Assembly (NCBI GenBank): GCA_030390025.1
Contig: CM059430.1
Coordinates: 43,338,001-43,402,000 of the forward strand
Direction of reading: 5' to 3'
DNA from: Squalus acanthias
Taxonomy: Eukaryota
Length of the DNA stretch: 64,000 nt
How positions within the stretch are numbered: the stretch's first letter is position 1; every line of letters starts with the position of its first letter. The notes under the pieces were generated by a model. The model saw nothing but the letters and a program-made list of their open reading frames with translations. It did no database searches and was not told the origin of the DNA. The position numbers and the translations under genes were made by a program. This document shows, one piece after another, positions 25,911-39,352 of this stretch.

Positions 25911-28900
25911 TGATCTTCCTGAAAGATCAGCAGTGCTTTCAAGGGCACTCACCTGACCTGATTCCTTAATTGGTGCAAGTTTGCTGTCATACAATGGCCT
26001 AGTCCTTTTCAAAATGGGAACAAAGAAAATCCATAAATAAAAAGGCATAGCACAAATCCTAAAAATTCAAAACGAATTGCATCTTTGCCAGAATCTATCC
26101 CAGAATTAGAAATCGCTCTTGTTATCTGCGAAATGCTATCATTAAGTCGAACTAGCGTACAAACACACTAAGTTAATTAATAAGCCTTCACGACAGCAAA
26201 CTTATAAAGAAACAAAAATTCCTACCATTTTATTCAGTAACAGGACGCAATAACTAACACTTGTGTAGAAAGTACTGTGAAATTATCTTTTTAAAATTAG
26301 CAAGAAATATATGTGCTTTGTCTTAAAATTACATTTCAATATGAGCTGTTTCGCATAAGCAGTTTGTTAGGAGTTAAAATGCATCACTTTTCAGTTTTGT
26401 AAAACCAGTTCAAAGCATTGTTCTTTCTGATTGGATTAAAACTTCCCAACTGCAGTAAGTGTAACCGAAGAGCTACTAAGAACACATTACTTTCAAGGTA
26501 AGAACAGATGTTTCTTAATCTACCGGCACCATACATTAGGGTATTCAGATTATTCCATGGTATGTTACTGTGAATAACTTACTTGCTCCATCATTATGTG
26601 GGTCATTAAAGACATAAACGAGCTTTTATGCTCTAGTTTCATACAGCTGTCAGCAGCCTGTGCTGCGATAAGTGTGTTTTTTAGCAAATGCCTTGCACTT
26701 CGAAAAATCAAAACAACTCTTATTGCACAACAGAGGATAAGGGCTGTTTTGTGATCAGGTTTACACTTTTCCCTTGTTCACAGTTAATTACTGAAATCAA
26801 AACATGTAGTGAAGGCATATAGCTTCTGCTAAGAATAAGTCAACAAGGTGAGCGTTGGAATCGAAACAGACACAGAGCCGCACAATAAGGGTTATATCGT
26901 TGTGTTCCATGGTAGGGTCACAAGTTTGTGATTTGGCGGATGTGACCTCCACATATCAGTGTTGCAAAGGTGTATGGGGGAGGGGCTTTTTATTCTCATA
27001 AACAGGGCAGATTCCAGGCCAGCCTTGACCCACTCATTGTTGACTTCCTAAAGAAAACAGCCCTCGACAGCTGAGGAAAAGAATTATTAGGGGTGTTGGA
27101 ATAGGAAATGTCCAAGGTTCCTGACATATTGTGATTGGCTCCAAGCAGAGGGAAGCAGCAAGGCAGAGTCAGCCCCGAAGGGTGCTGGACTGTGCTGTTT
27201 TAACGTACACAACTACATCCTCATACAAGCAGATGGTAAAAAATAACTTTTGCGGAAACCTGCAATGAACTTGTCTTGCTTTCACTCTAGGGACTATTAA
27301 GAAACTCAACCAAAGAGTAAGAGTATGGAATCAATTTTTTTCAGCGTCTGCACTTCAAACGCCCTCTAAATGATTCTGTCATCGACACAAAACGGGAAAA
27401 GTTACAATTTATATAACAAATTGGGTAATTAGGGGCTCGAGCACAAATGACAATTCTTCCTTAATACCTGAACAAACATTGTAACTGGACTCACTGGATT
27501 ATAAGGAAATAGCCACTTTAGTGAACTACATGCACCATTGACAAGCACTCAAGCAACTACATTGAAAATGGAAAGAGTCGAGAAGTACTGAAAATGTTTC
27601 ACAAGGTTCAGTCATAGCTTGCAGTACAAAATAGGTTGCAGGTTTTAGGATTTATTCTCATAGTCAAAGGAACACGGTAACCTCAGTATGAAAAACACTG
27701 TAGCCTGCTGCATTAAATGTATAAACAAAGAGGTTCTGTTTTTCCCTTAAAGAATGCAAGGGCAAAAATTGCTGCAAAAAGCAGGTACAAATGGCTCCCA
27801 ATTTCCCACTACAGGGAAGTTTGCAATTTTCCTTACTTATGCTACACACCAAAAGAGGCAAATTTAATAATAAAATGAGGCAAAAAGGATTGAGTGTGCA
27901 TCCCTATACCTGCAGTAGCCATATTAACTCTTGCCTGTGGGAGGAATGAATGCAAATAGCTCCCTTAAGGTAATGCACCATTCCTCTTGTTTGAAAAATA
28001 GTCTCCATTTTGCAAAATATGACTAATTCTATGGACTCATACCTAAAGGAGATTAGGCTCTGTTTAAAACAAAACAAAAAAAACCACAAGTACACATGGA
28101 TAATGCCAATGTCATGTGATTTTATGTGCACACAGCTATTTGCTATTGAGTGGTGGGAAACTGCCCTATTATGCATTTCTATATTCTCTTGTTTAGCTGT
28201 AGCGCCTCCTCCCATAAATCCACACATTGGTTTCCTACTGGATATCCTTATGGAGGGGAGAGGATGGAAAAAATAGGGTAAACAAAGCTTTCCTTTGTAC
28301 CAGGAGCAAAACATATCTTATCATGAGTAAATTCACTTGCCCTGAGTACACCAGGAAAATATTTACTCTGTTTAGGTGTTCTGTTGTTCAAAAGCCAATT
28401 CTACCTCCCTATTCATTTCCATGGAAACTTGCTCTGTTAAAGCTATAATAATAATGGAAATGTTTATGCATTATATAATTGTAAAATCCATAAGGACAAT
28501 ACACACTTAGGCATCATAATAGTCCTTATTAACAGCCCGTATTTTTACACCCCTGTAATTATGTCACAGTATTCTCCAGTAAGGAAGTGACATCTAATTA
28601 GGAACATGTAGGGCGCTGATCAGGGGCCTGGGAAACCATTTAGTAGTGGGCCCTTAAAATGGTCACCAACAGGCTCATTAACCTCAATCAATGAGAAATT
28701 TTGCATCACTTAGCAGGTCTGCTGGGACTGCTTTCAGGTATCCCACTGAGCCCAGTAGAACTAAAAACTATCCAATGGAACTTCCTTGCTGAGGTGTTCT
28801 GCTTAATAGAAAAAATAACCTCAAGAGTTTAGAATTTTGTGAGAAATCCTACTGGCTTTCTTTCCATCAAGAAAGTTGCATCAGTAAGAACGTGTAGTTG

Positions 28901-29334
28901 TGTGGCTTCCTACACAACACCATTACAAAGGCAACTTCCTTGCTGGTGTGCCTTTGTTGATAGAAAATATATTAATTATTAATCTGATATGCTTAGAATT
29001 AATAACGAAGTTACCAGTCTATTATCCACCAACTAAGAAAGACTATCAACATCAATGTCCCAGCCCAGCTTATATTCAGACCTACCAACTCTCTCACATT
29101 CAGCGAGATGCGAGATTGTGATCGTGGCCTTCCGCCTTCCCACCTGAGAATTGTGATCACTCGCGTGGATGCGTTGTGCTGGTAAATCTTGGTTAAGAAA
29201 AGAGAATGATATGGAGGCAGGGTCACTCCCAGATTCACAGTATCGGCGAGTTAGAGTGGCTCCATCAGGGTCGGTTTATTTAGTGTAAATGAGCTGGTTT
29301 TTATTTGGTTTATACAATATGTGTGGTGGAATTT

Positions 29335-29640
29335 AAGGGCCCATTTTAATGTTGGGCATGGGGATTGGAGGTGGTGGGGGTGGGCGGGGGGAGGAAGAGA
29401 AGTTCACGCTGTGTTCCTGGTACGTTCCTGTGGAGGTCTAAGTTAAATGGCAGTGTTGCATACCGATGATGTAATCGGGATCCGCACGCCATTTTAACCG
29501 TGGACCCAAATGCGGTCTTTGGCCCGCCAGCAAAAGCAGCAAGAATCCAGGCCCAGGGAAGTGACTTTAAAAAAAATATATTAAAGGTTCCTTGTGGGCC
29601 AGGAGGAGCAGGAGTGCTTCTCTTACCCCACAAAGATAAC
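29335..29640. mobile_element. Harbinger-type MITE fragment
   Basis: Contains ccttgtgggccaggaggagcaggagtgc, shared with 35268-35297 and, more degenerately, 53886-53918. Confidence 0.55.
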
Positions 29641-29865
29641 TTGGGCCTTCATTCCTCCAGACTCTCAAACCAGTGCCCTATATCTAATATCACTTTCCTT
29701 TCAAAAGGTCCTTGAACTTGTTGTCACGATTCAGCTTCATGCTCATCCCTCTTCATATTCCTTCAATCCAGTTTCTGCCTCACCCACAGCACCAAGACCA
29801 CTTAGTTAAAGCCACCAATGATAACTTCTGTGACTGCCACCATGGTGCATTACTCTTCTTACCCT
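29640..29865 (+). mobile_element. L2 RT fragment
   Basis: ccctatatctaatatcactttcctttcaaaaggtccttgaa...cacagcaccaagacc...aaagccaccaatgat, a decayed PISNLPFLSKVLE / HSTETALVKVTND. Confidence 0.6.
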
Positions 29866-30004
29866 CAACAGTCCGAAAAGTATTAAATAAATGAAATTCT
29901 TTCTTTCTTTCTGCAGCCCGCTTTAAAAATTTCACGTTGTTGATGTTATTGTACTTTAAGTTTGAAGGTGGAGCTTGAAATGTGAAAAAAATTCAGCATT
30001 ACAG

Positions 30005-30200
30005 TCATTGCAGCAGGAGTCATTGGAATATGATCTATAGTGGCAACCCTGGCTGATTTTTCCATTCCTAGCCCAGGGATATTGAGGCTAAATGCAGAAT
30101 CCTAACACAGCTACAGGCAGACATGCATTTATCAGGGACTTTTCTGACTGGTATCGCTTGTTACCAACCAGCAACTGTACTTACCCATTAAGCCATTAGT
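30005..30200 (-). mobile_element. 5' part of a second tRNA-headed SINE family (family B)
   Basis: aaccctggctgatttttccattcctagcccagggatattgaggc is shared with 54285-54325, 58770-58810 and the reverse complement of 50900-50945. Confidence 0.55.
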
Positions 30201-30600
30201 TAAAATACAGTGCAGATTTCTACTAGCTAAAGGACTTAAAATGGATGAGCATTTGTGTTCTGAAAGTTCAAAACTTAAGTCCTCTAAATCTAGCATTCAA
30301 ATTATAAAACACACACATAGGTCAAAATGGCCGAAGTTACCCTTTCATTGATGAGAATGAAACTATTTTATAAACTCTAGAATAGTTTCATTTATGCCAA
30401 GGAGCATGAGTAAAAACTGCAGTTAATTTGATTTTTGCGCTAGGAACTCCTTAGCACCTGTTCGAACAAAATAGTTTTACCTAAGCTAAGGAATTGAGAA
30501 AGATCAAATACATTTTGGATCCAATGTCTATGAGTATATCATGAGGTTACATAGCCTATTCCATGCTAGACTATTAGGGATTTCATGGATGTTTACGCAT

Positions 30601-30968
30601 CATAAAAACATAAGAACAAAAGAAATAGGAGCAGGAGTAGGCATTCGCCCCTTCAAGCCTGCTCCGCCATTCAATAAGATCATGGCTGACCTTCTACCTC
30701 AACTCCACCTTCCCACACTATCCCAATATCCCTTGATTCCCTTAGTATCCAAAAATCTATCAATCTTTGTTTTGAATATACTTAACGAGTGAGCATCCAC
30801 AGCCCTCTGGGGTAGAGAATTCCAAAGATTTACAACCCATTGAATGAAGACATTTCTTTTCATCTCAGTCCTAAATAGCCGACCCCTTATTCTAAGACTG
30901 TGACTCCTAGTTCTAGACTCCCCAGCCAGGGGAAACATCCTCCCAGCATCTACCCTGTCAAGCCCCTC
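30601..30968 (-). mobile_element. CR1 LINE 3' end
   Basis: GLDRVDAGRMFPLAGESRTRSHSLRIRG..VVNLWNSLPQ..KGYWDSVGRWS followed by the 3' UTR and tail. Confidence 0.9.
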
Positions 30969-33307
30969 ACGAGGCTGCACAACCCCTCCCTTCCAGAAAG
31001 CTACTAGGACAAATTCCAAATGCAAACTCTCCATTTTCACCCACTTTCCAAAGATCAGCTGGACAACTACTCATTACAAGGCTGTATACACTTAAGTAAT
31101 AGGGATCAATCAATGGCTTACCCACCATAATGCCGTGTACTTTTTTTTCCAATAAAGTATCAAGGATAAAAGGTTTCTAAATTTAGAAAAGGAAATGCTC
31201 TACATTTATAACCTAGATGTATGGGAAAATGAATAATTGCCTGCCACCCACTATGGCTGTGGGGATACTTGCAGCAGGATATGGGAAATGCAGTGCGTGT
31301 GAAGAGAGGCATTCCATCCTTTTTACCATGGGTGTGCATTATATATTTTAATTCAAACTTCTTATGTCCACACTGGTCCAAATTCAGGCATTCAAATAGT
31401 GAACCCAAAGCAGTGCTTTTAGCTTACTTCACGCGAAGAATTCACTTGAGGTGAAACAAGCTCATAAGCTAGCACTAGCCAAGTGTCTAGGGTGCCTCTC
31501 CTGTATTGAGTGACAGGCAGCTAGCTGTCAGAGAGCAGGGGTGAAGCAACTAAGCATGGTTAGCCTAAACAGGCTACATTGTTCTTCGACTGATTTTATT
31601 CCGTACTATGGTAAATTTCAAATAAATATTTCCTGATCCTAATATAAATCCCATCTAAGCAACTTAAAAAATGGACTGTAGATTAGGATTCAGATAATTA
31701 GAATGTGAACCAGACCCTGCATATTTATCCAAACACACATTCCACCTGGTGTAATCCTGGTCGAACTAGAACAGTCAAATTTAGCAGTGCTTGGATTCGA
31801 CTGTGTCTCACAGTTGATGTTCCTTACAGACCAGGCCTACATAGTTGGAACAATGTGAGTTTGAGTGCTGTCTGGAGTCTGAGCTATCTTTTGTTCAAGG
31901 AAATTGTTAGTATGCCTAAAGGAAACTAATTTTGCTGATTAATTTGCATAAGGTGATTTAAAGGAAAATGTATTATCTAGGTGTACCCCTTGATGGTTGA
32001 TCAAATTTACCAATTTCACTTATAAAGAATGGATGAACCCTGACACAGTGCTGTCTAAATGCAATTAGTAATGATTTCATTTAGCGTCCAATGGTTCACA
32101 TTCAACCTCGTCCCTCCAGTGGTCTTTACACATTGTGGGCACTGGGACTGATTGCGTCACCAATGTTGAAGCAGACTTTGAATGAACTTATTCTAAATCA
32201 ATGATAAGAAATCATTAATCTGCAAGAGAAGTTTCTGAGTGATCCTCTTCCCCCAGTTACCATCGAAAAAAATATAAATCATTTCTATCCCTGAATTTAA
32301 CGTGGTATTCAAGTTTAAACTTACTCATCCAGCAATTTAACATAAGCCAAAAAAAAGTTTATTTTTATGTATTTGACTTCAGGATTTAATGGCCAACAGT
32401 AACCGTTGGAAGGAATCGCTTCCATTTCCTCTATCAATTAGAATAATGGAGCTAATGAAATTAGACCTAATATTGACAACAGGCAAATTTGAACAAAGCA
32501 AATAGAATTTAAAACATGTGTCAGAAAAGATTAAGAAAGCAGAGTCTGAAATAATCATACATGCCCCTGGCCTCCATTCCTAACCTACTGACAAGCTGTG
32601 TGTCAGCTAAGCTCAGTTGGTAGCACTCTTGCCTCTGGGTCACAAGGTTGCAAATTTGAGCCCCATATCAAGGTTTAAGGTCATAATCTAGGCTGACACT
32701 CCAATGCAGTACTGAGGGAGTGCTGTATTCTTGGAGGTGACGTCTTTCAGATGAGCTGTTAAATTGAGGCCCGTCTTATGGATCTTGTGGGCATTGAAGA
32801 AGAACAGGAAGTTCTCCTCACATCCTGGCCAATACAACAGATAAACAAGTATTTATTTTCAATATTTATCTTATTGCTGCTTTTGGGCATTGTTGGTGCA
32901 GAATGGCTGCCACATTTGCCAACATATTGAACAGTTACTGCACTTCAAAAGTACAGTCCCCACCGCTTACACCGTCCACGCTAATCACGAACAGCTGCCT
33001 ATATTGGCAAATAGCGCTAACCATTTGTCATAGGAGTCAATTACAAAGGTGCCGCTTAGAATGTATTAAGCGCATCAACCATTTGAGGCAGTTCAATACA
33101 TGCTTGCCCTGTACTTAGTGGTTTAAAAGGCTCTGCTAATTTCAGGCAAAATTGGGTCTTCAAGCAGTTTCAATCAGCTCTTCGCACCTTGTTAAAGTGC
33201 GATTATTTCAGTGATGAGATTCTGGATGCGACTGCTAACAATTGTGAGGCAGTTGTTAACTGGAGACTTCCTGTGTTTTTAAAATAAAGGTATGTTGGTT
33301 ACTTAGG

Positions 33308-34524
33308 TGTCAATCATGGCTCAGTGGTTGCACTCTCACCTCCGAGTCAGAAGGTTGTGGGTTCAAGTTCCATGCCAGAGACTTGAGTACATATTCTAGG
33401 CTAGCAATACTGAGGGAGTGGTGCACTGTCAGAGATACTGGCTTTCGGATGTGACATTAAACCAAGGCCCTGTCTGCCCTCTCAGGTGGACGTAAAAGAT
33501 TCCATGGCACTATTCCGAAGAAGAGCAGGGGTGTTCTCCCTGGTGTCCTGGTCAACATTTATCCCTCAACCAACATCACTAAAATAGATTGGCCCAAAAA
33601 TTCGGCCGAATACGGGAGAGTACCCGTTGCGTACTCACCCGTATTCGGTCCCGAAGTGCCGGTTTCCTGCATGCACTGCGCATGCGCGGGAAACCGGCAC
33701 TTCCGGTATGGCGAAGGGGGCGGTTCCTAGGTGAACCGCGTGCGCACTACAGGCTGTGCGCACGCAGCACACTTAGGTTATTTTTCAGGTTTCAACGCGA
33801 GGGTAAGTATGGAAGATTTTACACAAGTAAAAAGGAGGCATAAGACCCCTTTTGAACAAGGTAAGTAGTTAATTAAGTATAATTTTAAAAAATTTTCAAC
33901 AGGTTTATCTTTTTTAGAGACTTTAAAGAAAGGTAAGTTTATTTTTATAACTTTTAAAAAGAATTTAAATTTTTTCAAAAATTTAAATTTTTGTTTAAAG
34001 TGGTTAATTTATTTAACTATAGTTATTTTATTAATGTGATGGTTTTTTTTTTAAATTTATTTGAGGTTTAGCTGTTCTTTTGGGGGCGATTTGTATTCAT
34101 AGATTTGACAGGTCTCCTGTCAAATCTATGAAGGAAAGATGGTCTGCTGCCATTGGCTCTCCATGGCACACGTGATCCCAGGAGTCGCATCACACTAACT
34201 GCGCCCTGGGACACGCAAGCACTGCGCGCCGGCACCAGGGAGAGGCCCAGGACCCGAAGTTCCTGTGGGCCCAAAACACAACGGCAGGCGCAGTAGGTAA
34301 GATCGCGCGCGATCCTTACCCCCGCGGCAAGCCGGCCACCCGAATTTCTGCCCCATTATCTAGTCATTTATTTCATTGCTGTTTGTGGGACCTTACTGTG
34401 TGCAAATTAGCATGCCATGCTTCCTACATTACAACAGTGACTACATTTCAAAATGTACTTCATTGGTTGTAAAGCGTCAAGGGACATCCTGAGGTCGTGA
34501 AAGGTGCTTTATAAATCTTTCTTT
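33308..34524 (+). mobile_element. Inner DeuSINE (33308-33590 and 34355-34524)
   Basis: tRNA head, Deu core split at aaaatagATT|...|ATTatctagtcatt, tail gtcgtgaaaggtgctttataaatc. Confidence 0.85.
33591..34354. mobile_element. Young CpG-rich Harbinger-like MITE with multiple hairpins and an AT-rich core
   Basis: TIRs ggcccaaaaattcgg / ccgaatttctgcccc; TSD ATT at 33588-33590 and 34355-34357. Confidence 0.85.
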
Positions 34525-34947
34525 ACTTCACTTTTTGATTTTACCATCCACTGCGTAGAGAGGGTAAATCGCTATAAGCAGTTGCGACTGTAATTCATTG
34601 TCTGTAGTATTTTGAGACTATTGACATAATAAGGTGAGGTATAAATGCAAGTATTATAATTGCATTAGAACCACGCTTACACTCCCTACGTAATTACAAA
34701 TACGAAATCGGAAAAGAAGCACAACGTATAAGCCAATTGAAAGAAACCAGCACACACTCAACAGTTCAAGCTAATGAACTTTAACATTATCAACTAATCC
34801 CTCTCTCTCAACACACTGAACACCAGCACAAGCTTGGGCCATCCACAAAGCACCTATTAATATACTCCACATGTCAGACTCTTATTATACAATGCAAATC
34901 GAGAAACTAGCACAATGTATTTCATCTATATACTGTATCGTGACACT

Positions 34948-35573
34948 AGGGGTAATTTTAACCCTACCCACCAGGCAGATGGACAGTTAAGATCGAATGG
35001 GTGACTTGCCTGCTGACAGCCCACCTGAACCCGCCACCTTCAATTTTAACCTGCTCCTCTGAGCAGGCGGCAAAGGCACCCCCCTGGAACCAGCAGGGTC
35101 CTTCTTTACGTATGCTGATTGGGGTCCAATAACATCATCAGGCCCCAACTGCAATTTTAACTCTGGCCTGAGAGGGGACATGATTGTGGCTTTCCCACAA
35201 GGTGAGGAAAACGTGAAAAGGAACTGGAATTAGAAGAGGCCATTGAAGTTAAGGTTTTTTTCACTTTCCTTGTGGGGCCAGGTGGAGCAGGAGTGCCCCG
35301 GGCTTCCCCATCTTTACTCCCAAGAGACCGCCCCAAAATCACTTCCCATGACTTACCTTCTTGCTGGCGAGTCTCTCTTTGGTCCTGGCTAGCGGCCTCT
35401 TGCCGCCCGAACCTCTGCTCCCGCTTAGCAACCAGCTGCCACTTCTTGTCCATTTCAGTGGCATGCAGTCAAGACCTGGAAGTTAAAATTGCCCGAGCCT
35501 CGTGCTGCTGAGGTCGCGGTATTTGGCACTCACCCTGCTCCCCACCCGCCCGATCCGAGTTAAAATTCCCCCT
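34948..35573. mobile_element. Harbinger-like MITE
   Basis: TIRs aggggtaattttaac / gttaaaattccccct; TSD ACT on both sides; internal gttaaaat motifs. Confidence 0.8.
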
Positions 35574-35839
35574 ACTGTATCTGTAAAGCAATTATAAAAA
35601 TGAAATGGTGGAATAAAATCAGTTTAGTTACAAAAACACCCTGCTTATTTTTATCTTTAGATTGACAACTGAACTATAAATCTGAAAATATTCTATTTTG
35701 GCAGCAGTTGTTGTATTTTTGACTAATATATATTTGGTACTGCAGATGAAATTCCTCCCTCTCATTTTCACACCTGAACTTTTACACCTTGTTCCAAAAA
35801 CATGAAAATCTTACATGTGTTAAGATCAGGAGCACAGGA

Positions 35840-36464
35840 TGAGTACAGGAGCAAGGATGTCTTACTACAGTTATACAGGGCCTTGGTGAGACCACACCTG
35901 GAGTACTGAGTGCAGTTTTGGTCTCCTTACCTAAGAAAGGATATACTTGCCATAGAGGGAGTGCAGCGAAGGTTCACCAGACTGATTCCTGGGATGGCAG
36001 GACTGTCGTATGAGGAGAGATTGGGTCGACTAGGCCTGTATTCACTAGAGTTTAGAAGAATGAGAGGGGATCTCATTGAAACGTATAACATTCTAACAGG
36101 GCTAGACAGACTGGATGCAGGGAGGATGTTCCCCCTGGCTGGGAGGTCTAGAACGAGGGGTCACAGTCTCAGGATACGGGGTAGGACATTTAGGACTGAG
36201 ATGAGGAGAAATTTCTTCACTCAGAGGGTGGTGAACCTGTGGAATTCTCTACCACAGAAGGCTGTGGAGGCCAAGTCACTGAATATATTTAAGAAGGAGA
36301 TAGATAGATTTCTAGACACAAAAGGCATCAAGGGGTATGGGGAGAGAGCAGGAATATAGTATTGAGATAGAGGATCAGCCATGATCATATTGAATGATGG
36401 AGCAGGCTCGAAGGGCCGAATGGCCTACTCCTGCTCCTATTTTTCTATGTTTCTATGTTTCTAT
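35840..36464 (+). mobile_element. Young 5'-truncated CR1 LINE
   Basis: LVRPHLEY then ORF 35910-36359 QFWSPYLRKDILAIEGVQRRFTRLIPG...; (TTTCTATG)n tail. Confidence 0.95.
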
Positions 36465-37771
36465 CAGTACTGACCGAGCCATGGATGATGGAGTAATTTC
36501 TAGAGCCCTTCACTGCCGAGCACTATCATTACATCTCACACAATTGTCTCTTCTAGCCACAGGCTCTGGAATTCATAAAATAATCTATATTCCTCTGACA
36601 AAAACTTCCAATATATTGAGCCAATCTTGGCAAACTGAAGTAAATAAACTTGCGTAAAGTGATTTATAACAATGCTGGGCCATCAGTACCATTTCAGTTA
36701 AAGATTATTGTGCTTTCTCCTTTTACTAATTGGAAGAACTATCTTGGATAAAATATTACTCAGCGGTAAAAATTAGTCATCATGTGTTCGTCTAGAAAAG
36801 TTTATAGATTCACGATTTAACATGAATTATTTGAAAGTTTAATACTTATAAATAGTCATTTAACTCATTTCATTATATTTAAAAACTGATCTTATCTACA
36901 GAAGCAATATCACAATGTCAGCTAGAACTGTGACAATAATATGTCTTAATAAAACTGCATGATGCAGTTCTAAATGGCTTATCTTTATATTTGTGTGAAA
37001 ACAATCGAAACACAAAGCAGACTCTTCCTTTCTGTGAACTGCATTTAATATATAGGCTGCTGCCATGAAATTTCAGATGGTGCAATCAGTGAACCTACAT
37101 TAAAATATAAAAGCCCAGCCATCTCTCTGTGACCTTTCGTGGCACCAGCATTGTCAAGCCCCTCCTCCCCACCACTATCAACACCTCCAGGTCACCAATG
37201 ACCAGAAGCTTAACTGGATCATGTGTCAGCACCATGCATATAAGAGTAGGGTAGAGGCTTGGGATTCTGCAATTAGTGGCTCATCTCCTGTCTACTGGGA
37301 TACTCACCATTTACCTGGATCGCTGCAGTTGCAACAACACTCAAGAAGCTTAACACCATTCGCGACAGAGTAGTTCACTTGATCGACACCCCGCCAATGG
37401 ACTCAATATCCACCATCTCGATCACCACAGCACTGTGGCTACAGTATCCACAAGAAGCAATGCAGCAATTCCCATCACTGTGAACTCTACCACTGAGATA
37501 AGCAGCAATGTCATTGAAACACTAACAACAACTATTACTACTTGCATTTACTGTAGAAGAACATCGCAAGGTGCTTCACAGAGATGTCATCAGAAATAAA
37601 TGGATGTCAAACCAAAGAGGAGATATTAGCAGGGGTGACCAAAAGCTTGGTCAAAGCAGTGGGTTTTAAGGATATTAAAGAATGAGAGGCAGGGAGCCTA
37701 GCCAGGGAATTCCAAAGGGAGAGGCCTTAGCATTTGAAGGCATGGCTGTCAATGGTGGGCTAAAGGTGGGG

Positions 37772-38693
37772 GATGCAAAGCTAGGTGGGAAAGAAAGCTG
37801 TGAGGAGGACACAAAGAGCCTGCAAAGGGATATAGACAGGTTAAGTGAGTGGGCAATAAGGTGGCAGATGGAGTATAATGTGGGGAAATGCGATGTTATT
37901 CACTTTGGTCGGAAGAATAGAAAAACAGAATATTTTTTAAATGGTGAGAAACTATTAAATGTTGGTGTTCAGAGAGATTTAGGTGTCCTCATACAGGAAA
38001 CACAGAGAGTTAGCATGCAGATATAGCAAGCAATTAGGAGAGCAAATGGCATGTTGACTTTTATTGTAAGTGGGTTGGAGTACAAGAGTGAGGAAGTCTT
38101 GCTACAGTCGTACAGGGCTTTGGTGAGACCACATCTGGAGTACTGTGCACAGTTTTGGTCTCCTTATCTGAGGAAAGATATACTTGCCTTAGAAGCGGTG
38201 CAACAAAGGTTCACTAGATTGATTCCTGGGATGAGAGGGTTGTCTTATGAGAGAGAATGAGTAGATTGAGCCTATACTCTCTGGAGTTTAGAAGAATGAG
38301 AGGTGATCTCATTGAAACATATAAGATTCTGAGGGGGAATGACAGGGTAGATGCAGAGATGTTGTTTTCCCTGGCTGGGGAGTCTAGAACTAGGGGGCAT
38401 AGTCTCAGGATAAGGGGTCGGCCATTTAAGACTAAGATGAGGAAAAATTTCTTCACTCAGAGGGTTGTGAATCTTTGGAATTCTCTATCCCAAAAGGCTG
38501 TGGATGCTGAATTGTTGAGTATATTCAAGGCTGAGATAGATAGATTATTGGACTCTAGGGGAATCAAGGGATATGGGGATCGGGCAGGAAAGTGGAGTTG
38601 AGGTTGAAGATCAGCCATGGTCTTATTGGATGGTGGAGCAGGCTTGAGGGGCCATATGGCCTACTCCTGCTCCTAGTTCTTATGTTCTTATGT
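37772..38693 (+). mobile_element. CR1 LINE, 5'-truncated, inserted in L2
   Basis: LQRDIDRLSEWAIRWQMEYNVGKC, VRPHLEYCAQFWSPYL, RKNFFTQRVVNLWN; few stops or frameshifts; TTCTTATG tail. Confidence 0.95.
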
Positions 38694-39249
38694 AACACCA
38701 GAACCAGAGGAATTTAGAGTTTGGGGGTGGGAGCAGAGTTTGTAGAACTGGAGGAGATTACAGAGATGGGAGGGGTGAGGTTATGGAGGGAGGGAACACG
38801 AGGATGAGAATTTTAAATTGGAGGATGGAATTCCAATCTAAGTCAGCAAGGACAGGGGTGTTAGCTAAACTGGACTTGCTGCACAATAGGATAGGGGCAG
38901 CAGAGTTTTGGATGAGCTGAAGTTTATGGAAGGTGTAGGATGTGAGGCTCACCAGAAGAGTATTGGAATAGTCGAGTCTGGAAGTGACAAAGGCATGGAT
39001 GAGATTTTCATCAGCAGATGGGCTGAGGTAAGGACAAAGGTGGACGGTGTTACAGAGGTAGAAATAGGTGGTCTTTGTGATGGAAAGCATGTGGGTTCAG
39101 AAGTTCAGCTCGGGTTGAATAGGACTCCGGAATTGTGAACAATTCCATTCAATCTGAGACAATGTCTGGTGAGGGGGATGGATTCGGTGGCAAGGGTAAA
39201 GAGTTTGTGGTGGGAACTGGAGATGATGGCTTGAGTCATCATTCTAAAC

Positions 39250-39352
39250 TACAAGTGACTACACTTCAAAAGTAATACATTGGTTGTTCAGCGCTTTGGG
39301 ATGTCCTGAGGTTGTGAAAGGTGCTATATAAATCCAAGTCTTTTTTCTTTTC
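39250..39352 (+). mobile_element. DeuSINE 3' tail inserted in L2
   Basis: agtgactacacttcaaaagtaatacattgg...gaaaggtgctatataaatccaagtc. Confidence 0.75.

Larger units (their letters stand above)
32954..34590. mobile_element. Tc1/pogo (Tigger-like) MITE
   Basis: TA on both flanks; TIR cagtccccaccgcttacaccg versus reverse-complemented right end cagtcgcaactgcttatagcg (16/21). Confidence 0.65.
32601..34655 (+). mobile_element. Outer DeuSINE (32601-32953 and 34593-34655), split by nested insertions
   Basis: cacttcaaaagta| resumes as |attcattgtctgtag...tataaatgcaagt, colinear with the intact copy at 53404-53481. Confidence 0.75.

Noticed and set aside
25082-25956. Overlapping Ser/Leu/Phe/His-rich ORFs; possible CRISPR-like array
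   Set aside because: Translation of a pyrimidine minisatellite; no invariant repeat with unique spacers, and the context is vertebrate with no cas genes.
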